Assembly (NCBI RefSeq): GCF_044704955.1
Contig: NC_091985.1
Location: 203,980,001 to 204,044,000, forward strand
Direction: 5' to 3'
Source of the DNA: Pristiophorus japonicus
Taxonomy: Eukaryota
DNA: 64,000 bases
A program made the translations under genes and the position numbers. Shown one piece after another: positions 50,898 to 62,000 of this stretch. The notes beneath the pieces were generated by a model. The model saw only the letters and a program-made list of their open reading frames with translations, searched no databases and was not told where the DNA came from. The stretch's first letter is position 1; each line of letters opens with the position of its first letter.

Positions 50898-52074
50898 CAC
50901 GGGGTCCCTTTAAGGGCTACACCCACCCCAAAGTCACAGGCCTTAATGGTCTTTAATGGCCTCGTGTATTTAACTGAGCAGAGGAGCCCTTAACGAGGCA
51001 CCTCTCCCCTCGTTGACAATTGGGGAGAGGCCTTGCTCCCTCTGCTCAGTTGTCTTAATTGTTTTTTTTTAAATTTGGAAGGAAAGGGTTCTCAGAGAGA
51101 GAGGGGAGAAACAGAGTAGCAGAGAAAGAGAGAGGGGGGTGGGAAGAGGGGGGGGCTGCGAGGGCAGGTCTCCCCTCGCAGCTGTGGGTGGGTGCACTCC
51201 CCAGATGGCAAAACACAAAAGTCTTTGGGGTGGTCTTCAGGTGGGGGGAGAAGATGTCTTCACCTGGGGTAGCTGGAGCCACCAGGCACTCCTAACGATC
51301 CCTAATTGGGTGATTAATGAAAATCTTCAGCCTGGTAGCTCCAGCTATCCCAGGCTAGGCAAATGTGGGGGGGGGTGGGGGGGGTTCCAATTGTGGGGGG
51401 GGGCCTAGTTGTAAGCACGGCCCCCACGCACACTACCACACACACACACACCCCCCGCGATGTTCCGGCCCTCAGTGGTCTTCTTTCCTCCCCCCACCGA
51501 TACAACAAAGTCTTTTGGGAAATGCACCCACACCCACCTGTAGAGTAGTTGAGTCTCCCTCCTTCCACACTGGATGGTTGTTGTGGTTTTTCCCCCTCTC
51601 TCCAACTCCTTGCAGAATGGTAAAGTTGTTTAAAAGTTTTCTTTTCTCCTCCTCTCCCTCTGGATAAAAGTTGGGATGAAGCCCCTTCCTTCCTTCTCTT
51701 CCTGGGCTGGTCTCAGGGCTCTCCAGGCAGGAGCTCAAGTTGCTAGCTGCTCTCCTCACTGCTCACAGCTCCAACTGAGCAGGACACGCCTCCACAGCTC
51801 CACGATTGGTCCTTGTTCCTGAAACTCTTTTGAGTTTATCTGTGAAAACATAAAACATTAAACGGTGCCACCCGACCTGGGTGACACTCCAGACATTTAC
51901 AAGGCCCTTTTTTTCCCCCCTTTTTTTTTTGTGTTTTTTTTTTGTGTTTTTCTTTTTCTTTTTTTGTTTTTTTTTGGGCACTAAAATCACAATTTTTCCC
52001 CAGTGCCCCCTATAAAAGGGAAGGGGACACTAAAAGCACCGGCAATTAAAACAAATTAACTTTAAAACGTAAAA

Positions 52075-55000
52075 TCAAATTAAAATTTGGTTGCCGGGCG
52101 TGATGATGCACTCCAGTCCCTCCGGTGCCCACCTCTCGCGGAAGGCCGCGAGCGTACCGGTGGACACCGCGTGCTCCATCTCCAAGGACACCCTGGACCG
52201 GATGTAAGAGCGGAAGAGAGGCAGGCAGTCAGGTTGAACGACCCCCTCGACCGCCCGCTGCCTGGACCGGCTGATGGCACCCTTGGCCGTGCCCAGGAGC
52301 AGTCCTACGAGGAGGCCTTCGGACCTACCCGCTCCCCTCCGCACAGGGTGCCCAAAGATCAGGAGAGTGGGACTGAAGTGCAGCCAGAATTTCAGGAGCA
52401 GCCCCTTCAAATAATGGAACAGGGGCTGCAACCTTGTGCACTCAATAAAAACATGGAACACGGACTCCTCCAGACCGCAGAAATTGCAGGCGGCCTGGGA
52501 GTCCATGAACCGGCTTAAAAATTTGTTGCACGGCACTGCTCCGTGCACCACCCTCCAGGCCAAGTCCCCGATGAATAATGGGAGGACCCCTGCGTAGAGT
52601 GCCCTCCATCGGGGACCCCCGCCTCCTCCGGACGGCAAGATGGTGCGCCATGGCGTGTCCGGACGGCCGGCGAGGATGGCAAAGTTGAGGGTGTGCAGGA
52701 GCAGCCCGTACAGGAAACCCCTCCGCGCGGAACTGAAAGGCACGGAGGGGATTTCCCCGAGGCGGCTCAAGTTGTGAGGCGCCGGCCCCCGAGGGAGGTT
52801 CCGGGGTTTGGCGCCGATGAGGAATTCCGTCCGGACGGGGGTCAGTTCGGACGGTATCTCCCCACGTGCTTGAGCCTCCTCGATACACCTAACGGAGTCA
52901 GGGCCCAGAGCTGTTTTTAGCGACTCGATGGCATCGGCCGCGCGGCGGACGTTGGCAGAATTTAGGCGCCGCGCCAGCGTGACTGGCGCCATCCAGCCCG
53001 CTCCTCCGCCATCGAGCAGGTCCCTGACCCTGGTCACCTCACCAGCCACAGCCCTCTCTTCCGACCGCCACATGAAGCCTCGGCCGTGGAGGTACGGATT
53101 CCCGAGCAGCGGCTCCTGCAGGACGGCCGCCACTCCAGCCGGCGGAGAGCTGCGCTTGGTGGAGACTTTGTTCCAGACCCTGATGAGTTCCCTGTAAAAG
53201 ACAGGCAGCTCCCGGAGGGCGGTCCTGGCACCCCCCAAGTTCACAAACAGGAGCTGCGTGTCATAATTGAGGTCGAGCTGCTGGCGGAAGAAATACCTCG
53301 CCAGAGCACACCACCTAGGAGGGGGCTCGACGTAAAGGTATCTCTGCAGGGTCTGAAGACGGAAAGTCGCGAGCTGGGCGCTGACGCACACCAACGACTG
53401 ACCGCCCTCCTCAAGCGGGAGACTCAAGACCGCGACAGAGACCCAGTGCTTCCTGTTGTTCCAGAAGAAGTCCACCAGCTTCTTCTGTATCTTGGCGACA
53501 AACGCAGGGGGAGGGGTCAAAGTGACCAGCCGGTACCACAGCATTGCGGCCACCAGCTGGTTTATGACTAGCGCTCGACCCCTGTAGGACAGCACTCGGA
53601 GCAGTCCTGTCCAGCGCCCTAGGCGAGCGGCGACCTTGGCCTCCAGCTCCTGCCAGTTCGCCGGCCAGGCTTCCTCGTCGGGGCTAAGGTAGACTCCCAG
53701 ATAGAGGAGATGGGTCGTGCTCCAGGCAAAAGGCCTGAGCTCCTCCGGCAGGGAGTCCACCCGCCACTGACCCACCAGGAGTCCGGAACATTTCTCCCAG
53801 TTGATCCTGGCGGAGGACGCGGCCGAGTAAATCTCCTGGCACTCACGCATCCTCCGCAGGTCAGCGGGATCCTCTACCGCGAGGAGCACGTCATCGGCGT
53901 AAGCCGAGAGGACGACCTCCACGCCCGGCCCTTGCAGAGCCAGTCCCGTCAACCTCGTCCGCAAGAGGCGCAGGAAAGGCTCCACGCAAACGGCGTATAA
54001 CTGGCCGGACATGGGGCATCCCTGGCGCACCCCTCTCCTAAAGCGAAGGGGCGCCGTCAAGGACCCGTTAACCTTAATCAGACACTCCGCGGCGGCGTAC
54101 AAAAGTCGGATCCGGGCGACGAAATGCGTCCCGAACCCGAAAGCGCGCAGAGTTCCGAGCAGATAGTCGTGATCCACCCTGTCGAACGCCTTCTCTTGGT
54201 CGAGGGATAGGAAGGCGACCGACAGACCAGCCTCCTGGGAACAATGGATGAGGTCCCGGACCAGATGGATGTTGTCGTGGATCGTCCGGCCCGGGACCGT
54301 GTATGACTGGTCGGGGTGGATCATGTGGTCCAGCACGGCACCAAGGCGAGCAGACATCGCCCTGGCGAAGATTTTGTAGTCCGTGCTGAGGAGGGAGACC
54401 GGGCGCCAGTTCTTAAGGAGGCGGAGATCGCCCTTCTTAGGCAGCAGGACGATGACTGCCCTGCGCCAAGAGAGGGGCATCTCCCCGGTCGCCAGACTTT
54501 CCCCCAGGACCCGCGCGTAGTCGCTCCCCAGGACGTCCCAGAACGCCCTGTGGAACTCCACGGTCAGCCCGTCCAGCCCCGGGGATTTTCCCCTCGAGAG
54601 CCGGGCGAGGGCACCGGTCAGCTCCGCCAGGCTTAGCGAAGCTTCCAGATTTTCGGCGCCCTCCGGGCTGACCTTCGGCAGGTCCTCCCACAAAACTCTA
54701 CGCGCTTCCTCGCTGGACGGATCCGGAGAGAACAGAGCCCCGTAATATTCACGGACCCTGTTGTTGACGCCCTCCGGATCCGAGACGAGAGAGCCGTTGT
54801 CGGCCAGCAGCGTCAAGAGCTGCTTACGGACACTCTGCCTTTTTTCCAGCGAGTAGAAGAAGGGGGAGCCGCGGTCCAGATCCCGCAGGAACCGGATCCG
54901 CGACCTCACGAACGCGCCTCGGGACCCGACGAGCTGCAGATCCTTCAGCGCGGCCTTCTTCGCTTCGTACACCGTCCGCAGGGCCGGGTCCTGGACGACT

Positions 55001-55974
55001 TGACCGAGACGGGCTTCCAGGTCGAGCACCTCTTTTTCTAGGCGCCCGACTCTGGCCGCCCGCCTCTTGGTCGACCCCCTCGCGTACTCTTGACAGAAGA
55101 CGCGGACGTGAGCCTTGCCCACGTCCCACCATAGCCTCAAGGAGGGGAAGCCCCCCTGCTTCCTTCTCCAGTCGGACCAGAATCGACGGAACGAGTCCTG
55201 GAACCGCACGTCCTCCAGCAGCCGGTTGTTAAAGTGCCAGTACGCGGACCCCGTCCTCGCGCGGAGCGAAGCGAGCTCCGCCCACACCAGGTGGTGGTCC
55301 GAACACGGCACCGGCCGCATGGAGGCCGCCGGGACGCAGGAAACGTACGCCCGAGACACGTAAAGGCGGTCGACTCTAGACCATCCAACTCCAGGCCTCA
55401 CCCAAGTAAAGGCGCTGGAGTCGGGGTGGAGATTTCGCCAGACGTCCACCAAGTCGAAGGACCCGACCAGGTCCCTCAACTTCTCCATCGCCGTCATGCA
55501 CTGCGGGGCACCGGAGCGGTCCCTCGCCTCGAGGGTGCAGTTAAAATCCCCCCCGAGGACAATGCAGTCGCCGACGTCGACGGAGCCAAGAAGAGCGGAC
55601 ACCTCTTCAAAGAAGCGCGTTTGCTGCGGGCCGGGATGAGGGGCGTACACGTTCACGAGATGGAGCGGCACGTCCCCCAGGCGAACCGTTACGTGCAGCA
55701 AGCGGCCTGGCACGGGCTCCTCGACCCCCAAGATCTCCGGCTGAAAATGCGGGCCCAGCAAGATGGCCACCCCACTAGAAATGGCGGTGAGGTGGCTCAT
55801 GCGGACCTCTCCTTGCCATTCCAGGAGCCACGTGGCTTCGTCTCCCGGAACGGTGTGGGTTTCTTGCAGGAAGCACACCGCATATTTCCCCTCCCGCAGG
55901 AGCGAAAAATTGTCAAATCTACGGCGTGCCCCTCTGCCGCCGTTGATGTTGAGGCTGGCTATGGTTATCTTCAT
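52075..55974 (-). CDS. Tx1 ORF2p, unit 2 (intact)
   Basis: Same APE-RT-zinc motifs as unit 1, with a few amino-acid differences. Confidence 0.95.
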   Translation of the reverse strand: MKITIASLNINGGRGARRRFDNFSLLREGKYAVCFLQETHTVPGDEATWLLEWQGEVRMSHLTAISSGVAILLGPHFQPEILGVEEPVPGRLLHVTVRLGDVPLHLVNVYAPHPGPQQTRFFEEVSALLGSVDVGDCIVLGGDFNCTLEARDRSGAPQCMTAMEKLRDLVGSFDLVDVWRNLHPDSSAFTWVRPGVGWSRVDRLYVSRAYVSCVPAASMRPVPCSDHHLVWAELASLRARTGSAYWHFNNRLLEDVRFQDSFRRFWSDWRRKQGGFPSLRLWWDVGKAHVRVFCQEYARGSTKRRAARVGRLEKEVLDLEARLGQVVQDPALRTVYEAKKAALKDLQLVGSRGAFVRSRIRFLRDLDRGSPFFYSLEKRQSVRKQLLTLLADNGSLVSDPEGVNNRVREYYGALFSPDPSSEEARRVLWEDLPKVSPEGAENLEASLSLAELTGALARLSRGKSPGLDGLTVEFHRAFWDVLGSDYARVLGESLATGEMPLSWRRAVIVLLPKKGDLRLLKNWRPVSLLSTDYKIFARAMSARLGAVLDHMIHPDQSYTVPGRTIHDNIHLVRDLIHCSQEAGLSVAFLSLDQEKAFDRVDHDYLLGTLRAFGFGTHFVARIRLLYAAAECLIKVNGSLTAPLRFRRGVRQGCPMSGQLYAVCVEPFLRLLRTRLTGLALQGPGVEVVLSAYADDVLLAVEDPADLRRMRECQEIYSAASSARINWEKCSGLLVGQWRVDSLPEELRPFAWSTTHLLYLGVYLSPDEEAWPANWQELEAKVAARLGRWTGLLRVLSYRGRALVINQLVAAMLWYRLVTLTPPPAFVAKIQKKLVDFFWNNRKHWVSVAVLSLPLEEGGQSLVCVSAQLATFRLQTLQRYLYVEPPPRWCALARYFFRQQLDLNYDTQLLFVNLGGARTALRELPVFYRELIRVWNKVSTKRSSPPAGVAAVLQEPLLGNPYLHGRGFMWRSEERAVAGEVTRVRDLLDGGGAGWMAPVTLARRLNSANVRRAADAIESLKTALGPDSVRCIEEAQARGEIPSELTPVRTEFLIGAKPRNLPRGPAPHNLSRLGEIPSVPFSSARRGFLYGLLLHTLNFAILAGRPDTPWRTILPSGGGGGPRWRALYAGVLPLFIGDLAWRVVHGAVPCNKFLSRFMDSQAACNFCGLEESVFHVFIECTRLQPLFHYLKGLLLKFWLHFSPTLLIFGHPVRRGAGRSEGLLVGLLLGTAKGAISRSRQRAVEGVVQPDCLPLFRSYIRSRVSLEMEHAVSTGTLAAFRERWAPEGLECIITPGNQILI

Positions 55975-56000
55975 GGCAAAAGCATAGTGCAACCTCTACC

Positions 56001-58100
56001 TTAACCTATTGTGGGGGAGGGAGCGGAGTCTTTTGTTGAACTCCGCTCCCTCCGCAGCCCAGCGAGGAGTCCCTCGAGCTCGCGCAGCTCAAGGTGCTGC
56101 TCCTTTGTCAAGGGCCCGCCCGCGGCCAAGGTTTTAACGGCGGCGCGGACGGACCCCTTGATCAGCTCCGGCTCGGACCATTTTTCCAGGGCCAGTCGGG
56201 CTTGGTCGCGGCGACCCCGGCTCTGGGCCAAAAAGTCCCGGAGTTCCTTTGCAGGAACGAGGAGGGCCTCAGCGGCGGCCGCGAGCAGATCCACCGCCTC
56301 ACTGGCGGTGGTCTCTAGGTCTTCACCCGCGTCCCCCACCGAGTCCCCGTCCTCCTCCGGGAGGTGGCCGCCAGCAGCCGGCCCATCGACCGCACAAGGT
56401 ACGGCAAATGAACCGGCCGCTCCAACCGGCCCTGGAACTGCCCCGATCCCACCCCCAGGATCGTCGGCAGAGGAGTCCCCACTGGGCTCTTTTAAAAATG
56501 GTGCCGGGTCGGGAAATGACAGCGGAAGGGGTTCCCCCTCCGCCCCAGGAACCGGAGAACAAGGAGAGACCCGGCCATAGGAAATCCCCAGGCCCTCCAA
56601 GTGCTCCAGCTCCAAAGTAAGGGGCGAGGGTGGGTGTTCCTCCCCCTCCCCGCTGCCACCCCCCGGCCCAGCATCTACAGTTTCATTAAAATCAATATAT
56701 TTTGTTTCTGCCGGGTCGAGCAACTCCCGGGGGAAGTTGGGTAATAGCTGGGCGGGCTCAGGTTCGGCCTTTTCGGCCTCGCCCGCCTCAGTCCCCGGGA
56801 CGCCCGGCCCGGCGGCTACGCATTCCTCCGCGGTCCCCACGCCCCCCACGACAGGCAGATCTTCCACTCCATCCCCGGGAGGCAGAGGCTGGGCAGCCTC
56901 AACTGTCTCACCCTCCCCGGGGAAAGACTCCTCGCGCCTGCAGCGCAATTTGGGGGCGCTGGTGGGGGACGCGGGACACGCGGCGGGCACCGACTCCTCC
57001 GCGGAGGGATATTGTTCCCCCTCCGCCTCATTGGGGCGGTGCCTCTTTTTGTTCCTGGGGGCGCGCGGAGTCAGGGAGACCTCCATGTCTGCCGAGGCCT
57101 CCCGCTCCGCCCCCCCCTTTTCCTTTTCTTGCCCGCGCCTGGGCCCCTCTGTGGTGGTATTCAAGGGCCCGGGCACGGGCTCGGGGCACCCCGCGCTCGC
57201 CGGTGACTGGGTTGGGCTGAGCGCGGTGGTCAGACTTTCCGGCGCACCGAGGGGACCCGCCTCTAGATGTTTCTCCTTCTTCCGCGCCTTCTTTCCGCTC
57301 GGACGCTCTCCCTCCCCCCCGCCGGAGGCCCTGAAAACAAAGGCCTCCGACGATGCCCGCGCACCCATGGCTCCCGGCACGCAGACGCAACTAGGGGGAG
57401 GGGTGGCGGCAGCGCCAGCCTTGGCCGCCTTCGGTGGTTTGGCGGCCTTGGAGGCGGGGCAGTTCTTACGAACATGCCCCACCTCCCTGCAGGCATGGCA
57501 CCGCACGCCGTCCGACGTCCAGAAGACGCGGTAGGCAGTCCCCTCGTGCACCACATTAAAGTGCCCTTCTGTCACGTCCTCCCGCGCCAGCCGGACAAAG
57601 AGCTGGCGGCGGAAGGAGAACACGTGGCGCAGGCTGTTCTCCCTGAGGCCGAGCGGTATGGGGTTGATCCCTGACCTTACCTCCCCCAGTTGTTGTAGGT
57701 GAGGGAGGAGGAGCCCAGCGGGAACAAAGGGCGGGACGTTCGACACGATGACCCTCTGCGCGGTGGCCTCGAGAGGATCCACCGGCAGGAACGTCCCGCC
57801 CACCGTGAGCCCCTTTTCGAGGGCCAGGGACACCGCCCGCTCCGACCCCAGGAAGAAAACAGCCTTCCCAGACATCTTGGAGGCTGCGACAATGGCCGAG
57901 GGGCCGACTACCCCAGCCATCGCCCGCACGCACTCCTCGATGCTCATTGTGGGGTGAGTGTAGCTCTTGACCCCGTGTTTTTTTGTTATAAGTGTAAATG
58001 GTGGCAGGGCAGCGGGTGGCGCAGGAGGTGCTGTGGAAGTGGTTGCCACCTGCGCATACGTCCTTGCTGGCCCTGCCACCGGCGTGGATGGGGTCGCCAT
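56001..58100 (-). CDS. Tx1 ORF1p, unit 2 (699 aa, gag-like)
   Basis: N-terminal RRM-like region (VIVSNVPPF), CCHC knuckle, and a long acidic/Pro-rich tail. Confidence 0.93.
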   Translation of the reverse strand: MATPSTPVAGPARTYAQVATTSTAPPAPPAALPPFTLITKKHGVKSYTHPTMSIEECVRAMAGVVGPSAIVAASKMSGKAVFFLGSERAVSLALEKGLTVGGTFLPVDPLEATAQRVIVSNVPPFVPAGLLLPHLQQLGEVRSGINPIPLGLRENSLRHVFSFRRQLFVRLAREDVTEGHFNVVHEGTAYRVFWTSDGVRCHACREVGHVRKNCPASKAAKPPKAAKAGAAATPPPSCVCVPGAMGARASSEAFVFRASGGGEGERPSGKKARKKEKHLEAGPLGAPESLTTALSPTQSPASAGCPEPVPGPLNTTTEGPRRGQEKEKGGAEREASADMEVSLTPRAPRNKKRHRPNEAEGEQYPSAEESVPAACPASPTSAPKLRCRREESFPGEGETVEAAQPLPPGDGVEDLPVVGGVGTAEECVAAGPGVPGTEAGEAEKAEPEPAQLLPNFPRELLDPAETKYIDFNETVDAGPGGGSGEGEEHPPSPLTLELEHLEGLGISYGRVSPCSPVPGAEGEPLPLSFPDPAPFLKEPSGDSSADDPGGGIGAVPGPVGAAGSFAVPCAVDGPAAGGHLPEEDGDSVGDAGEDLETTASEAVDLLAAAAEALLVPAKELRDFLAQSRGRRDQARLALEKWSEPELIKGSVRAAVKTLAAGGPLTKEQHLELRELEGLLAGLRRERSSTKDSAPSPTIG

Positions 58101-59025
58101 CACGGGGTCCCTTTAAGGGCTACACCCACCCCAAAGTCACAGGCCTTAATGGTCTTTAATGGCCTCGTGTATTTAACTGAGCAGAGGAGCCCTTAACGAA
58201 GCACCTCTCCCCTCGTTGACAATTGGGGAGAGGCCTTGCTCCCTCTGCTCAGTTGTCTTAATTGTTTTTTTTTAAATTTGGAAGGAAAGGGTTCTCAGAG
58301 AGAGAGGGGAGAAACAGAGTAGCAGAGGAAGAGAGAGGGGGGTGGGAAGGGGGGGGGCGCTGCGAGGGCAGGTCTCTCCTCGCAGCTGTGGGTGGGTGCA
58401 CTCCCCAGATGGCAAAACACAAAAGTCTTTGAGGTGGTCTTCAGGTGGGGGGAGAAGATGTCTTCACCTGGGGTAGCTGGAGCCACCAGGCACTCCCAAC
58501 GATCTTTAATTGGGTGATTAATAACAATCTTCAGCCTGGTAGCTCCAGCTATCCCAGGCTAGGCAAATGTGGGGGGTGGGGGGGGTTCCAATTGTGGGGG
58601 GGGGCCTAGTTGTAAGCACGGCCCCCACACACACTACCACACACTCACACACCCCCCGCGATGTTCCGGCCCTCAGTGGTCTTCTTTCCTCCCCCCACTG
58701 ATACAACAAAGTCTGTTTGGGGAAATGCACCCACACCCACCTGTAGAATGTTGGGTCTCCCTCCTTCCACACTGGTTTGTTGTTGGTCTTTTCCCCCTCT
58801 CTCCAACTCCTTGCAGAAATGATAAAGTTGTTCAAAGTTTTCTTTTCTCCTCCTCTCCCTCTGGATAACAGTTGAAGGTGAAACCCCTTCCTTCCTTCTA
58901 TTCCTGGGCTGGTCTCAGGGCTCCCCAGGCAGGAGCTCAAGTTGATAGCTGCTCTCAGCACTGCTCACAGCTCCAACTGTGCAGGACACGCCTCCACTGC
59001 TCCACAATTGGTCCTTGTTCCTGAA

Positions 59026-62000
59026 ACTCTTTTAGAGTCTACCTGTGAAAACATAAAACAATAACGGTGCCACCCAACCTGGGTGACACTCCAGACATTT
59101 ACAAGGCCCTTTTTTTCCCCCCCTTTTTTTGTTTTTTTTTTGTGTTTTTCTTTTTTTTGGTTTTTTTTTTGGGCACTAAAATCACAATTTTTCCCCAGTG
59201 CCCCCTATAAAAGGGAAGGGGACACTAAAAGCACCGGCAATTAAAACAAATTAACTTTAAAACGTAAAATCAAATTAAAATTTGGTTGCCGGGCGTGATG
59301 ATGCACTCCAGTCCCTCCGGTGCCCACCTCTCGCGGAAGGCCGCGAGCCTACCGGTGGACACCGCGTGCTCCATCTCCAAGGACACCCTGGACCGGATGT
59401 AAGAGCGGAAGAGAGGCAGGCAGTCAGGTTGAACGACCCCCTCGACCGCCCGCTGCCTGGACCGGCTGATGGCACCCTTGGCCGTGCCCAGGAGCAGTCC
59501 TACGAGGAGGCCTTCGGACCTACCCGCTCCCCTCCGCACAGGGTGCCCAAAGATCAGGAGGGTGGGACTGAAGTGCAGCCAGAATTTCAGGAGCAGCCCC
59601 TTCAAATAATGGAACAGGGGCTGCAACCTCGTGCACTCAATAAAAACATGGAACACGGACTCCTCCAGACCGCAGAAATTGCAGGCGGCCTGGGAGTCCG
59701 TGAACCGGCTTAAAAATTTGTTGCACGGCACTGCTCCGTGCACCACCCTCCAGGCCAAGTCCCCGATGAATAGTGGGAGGACCCCTGCGTAGAGTGCCCT
59801 CCATCGGGGACCCCCGCCTCCTCCGGACGGCAAGATGGTACGCCATGGCGTGTCCGGACGGCCGGCGAGGATGGCAAAGTTGAGGGTGTGCAGGAGCAGC
59901 CCGTACAGGAAACCCCTCCGCGCGGAACTGAAAGGCACGGAGGGGATTTCCCCGAGGCGGCTCAAGTTGTGAGGCGCCGGCCCCCGAGGGATGTTCCGGG
60001 GTTTGGCGCCGATGAGGAATTCCGTCCGGACGGGGGTCAGTTCGGACGGGATCTCCCCACGTGCTTGAGCCTCCTCGATACACCTAACGGAGTCAGGGCC
60101 CAGAGCTGTTTTTAGCGACTCGATGGCATCGGCCGCGCGGCGGACGTTGGCAGAATTTAGGCACCGCGCCAGCGTGACTGGCGCCATCCAGCCCGCTCCT
60201 CCGCCATCGAGCAGGTCCCTGACCCTGGTCACCTCACCAGCCACAGCCCTCTCTTCCGACCGCCACATGAAGCCTCGGCCGTGGAGGTACGGATTCCCGA
60301 GCAGCGGTTCCTGCAGGACGGCCGCCACTCCAGCCGGCGGAGAGCTGCGCTTGGTGGAGACTTTGTTCCAGACCCTGATGAGTTCCCTGTAAAAGACAGG
60401 CAGCTCCCGGAGGGCGGTCCTGGCACCCCCCAAGTTCACAAACAGGAGCTGCGTGTCATAATTGAGGTCGAGCTGCTGGCGGAAGAAATACCTCGCCAGA
60501 GCACACCACCTAGGAGGGGGCTCGACGTAAAGGTATCTCTGCAGGGTCTGAAGACGGAAAGTCGCGAGCTGGGCGCTGACGCACACCAACGACTGACCGC
60601 CCTCCTCAAGCGGGAGACTCAAGACCGCGACAGAGACCCAGTGCTTCCTGTTGTTCCAGAAGAAGTCCACCAGCTTCTTCTGTATCTTGGCGACAAACGC
60701 AGGGGGAGGGGTCAAAGTGACCAGCCGGTACCACAGCATTGCGGCCACCAGCTGGTTTATGACTAGCGCTCGACCCCTGTAGGACAGCACTCGGAGCAGT
60801 CCTGTCCAGCGCCCTAGGCGAGCGGCGACCTTGGCCTCCAGCTCCTGCCAGTTCGCCGGCCAGGCTTCCTCGTCGGGGCTAAGGTAGACTCCCAGATAGA
60901 GGAGATGGGTCGTGCTCCAGGCAAAAGGCCTGAGCTCCTCCGGCAGGGAGTCCACCCGCCACTGACCCACCAGGAGTCCGGAACATTTCTCCCAGTTGAT
61001 CCTGGCGGAGGACGCGGCCGAGTAAATCTCCTGGCACTCACGCATCCTCCGCAGGTCAGCGGGATCCTCTACCGCGAGGAGCACGTCATCGGCGTAAGCC
61101 GAGAGGACGACCTCCACGCCCGGCCCTTGCAGAGCCAGTCCCATCAACCTCGTCCGCAAGAGGCGCAGGAAAGGCTCCACGCAAACGGCGTATAACTGGC
61201 CGGACATGGGGCATCCCTGGCGCACCCCTCTCCTAAAGCGAAGGGGCGCCGTCAAGGACCCGTTAACCTTAATCAGACACTCCGCGGCGGCGTACAAAAG
61301 TCGGATCCGGGCGACGAAATGCGTCCCGAACCCGAAAGCGCGCAGAGTTCCGAGCAGATAGTCGTGATCCACCCTGTCGAACGCCTTCTCTTGGTCGAGG
61401 GATAGGAAGGCGACCGACAGACCAGCCTCCTGGGAACAATGGATGAGGTCCCGGACCAGATGGATGTTGTCGTGGATCGTCCGGCCCGGGACCGTGTATG
61501 ACTGGTCGGGGTGGATCATGTGGTCCAGCACGGCACCAAGGCGAGCAGACATCGCCCTGGCGAAGATTTTGTAGTCCGTGCTGAGGAGGGAGACCGGGCG
61601 CCAGTTCTTAAGGAGGCGGAGATCGCCCTTCTTAGGCAGCAGGACGATGACTGCCCTGCGCCAAGAGAGGGGCATCTCCCCGGTCGCCAGACTTTCCCCC
61701 AGGACCCGCGCGTAGTCGCTCCCCAGGACGTCCCAGAACGCCCTGTGGAACTCCACGGTCAGCCCGTCCAGCCCCGGGGATTTTCCCCTCGAGAGCCGGG
61801 CGAGGGCACCGGTCAGCTCCGCCAGGCTTAGCGGAGCTTCCAGATTTTCGGCGCCCTCCGGGCCGACCTTCGGCAGGTCCTCCCACAAAACTCTACGCGC
61901 TTCCTCGCTGGACGGATCCGGAGAGAACAGAGCCCCGTAATATTCACGGACCCTGTTGTTGACGCCCTCCGGATCCGAGACGAGAGAGCCGTCGTCGGCC

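Larger units (their letters stand above)
44630..51823 (-). mobile_element. Tx1-clade non-LTR retrotransposon, unit 1 (7194 bp)
   Basis: 5' UTR, ORF1 (CCHC knuckle), ORF2 (APE-RT-zinc finger) and structured 3' UTR; GC/CpG-rich. Confidence 0.95.
51824..59025 (-). mobile_element. Tx1-clade retrotransposon, unit 2 (7202 bp; both ORFs intact)
   Basis: Head-to-tail with unit 1; both ORFs uninterrupted. Confidence 0.96.

Noticed and set aside
51808-51823. Junction 16-mer as an snRNA, tRNA or rRNA target of known Tx1 families
   Set aside because: I could not match it by eye to U1, U2, 5S, tRNA or microsatellite targets; a BLAST/Rfam search is needed to exclude this formally.
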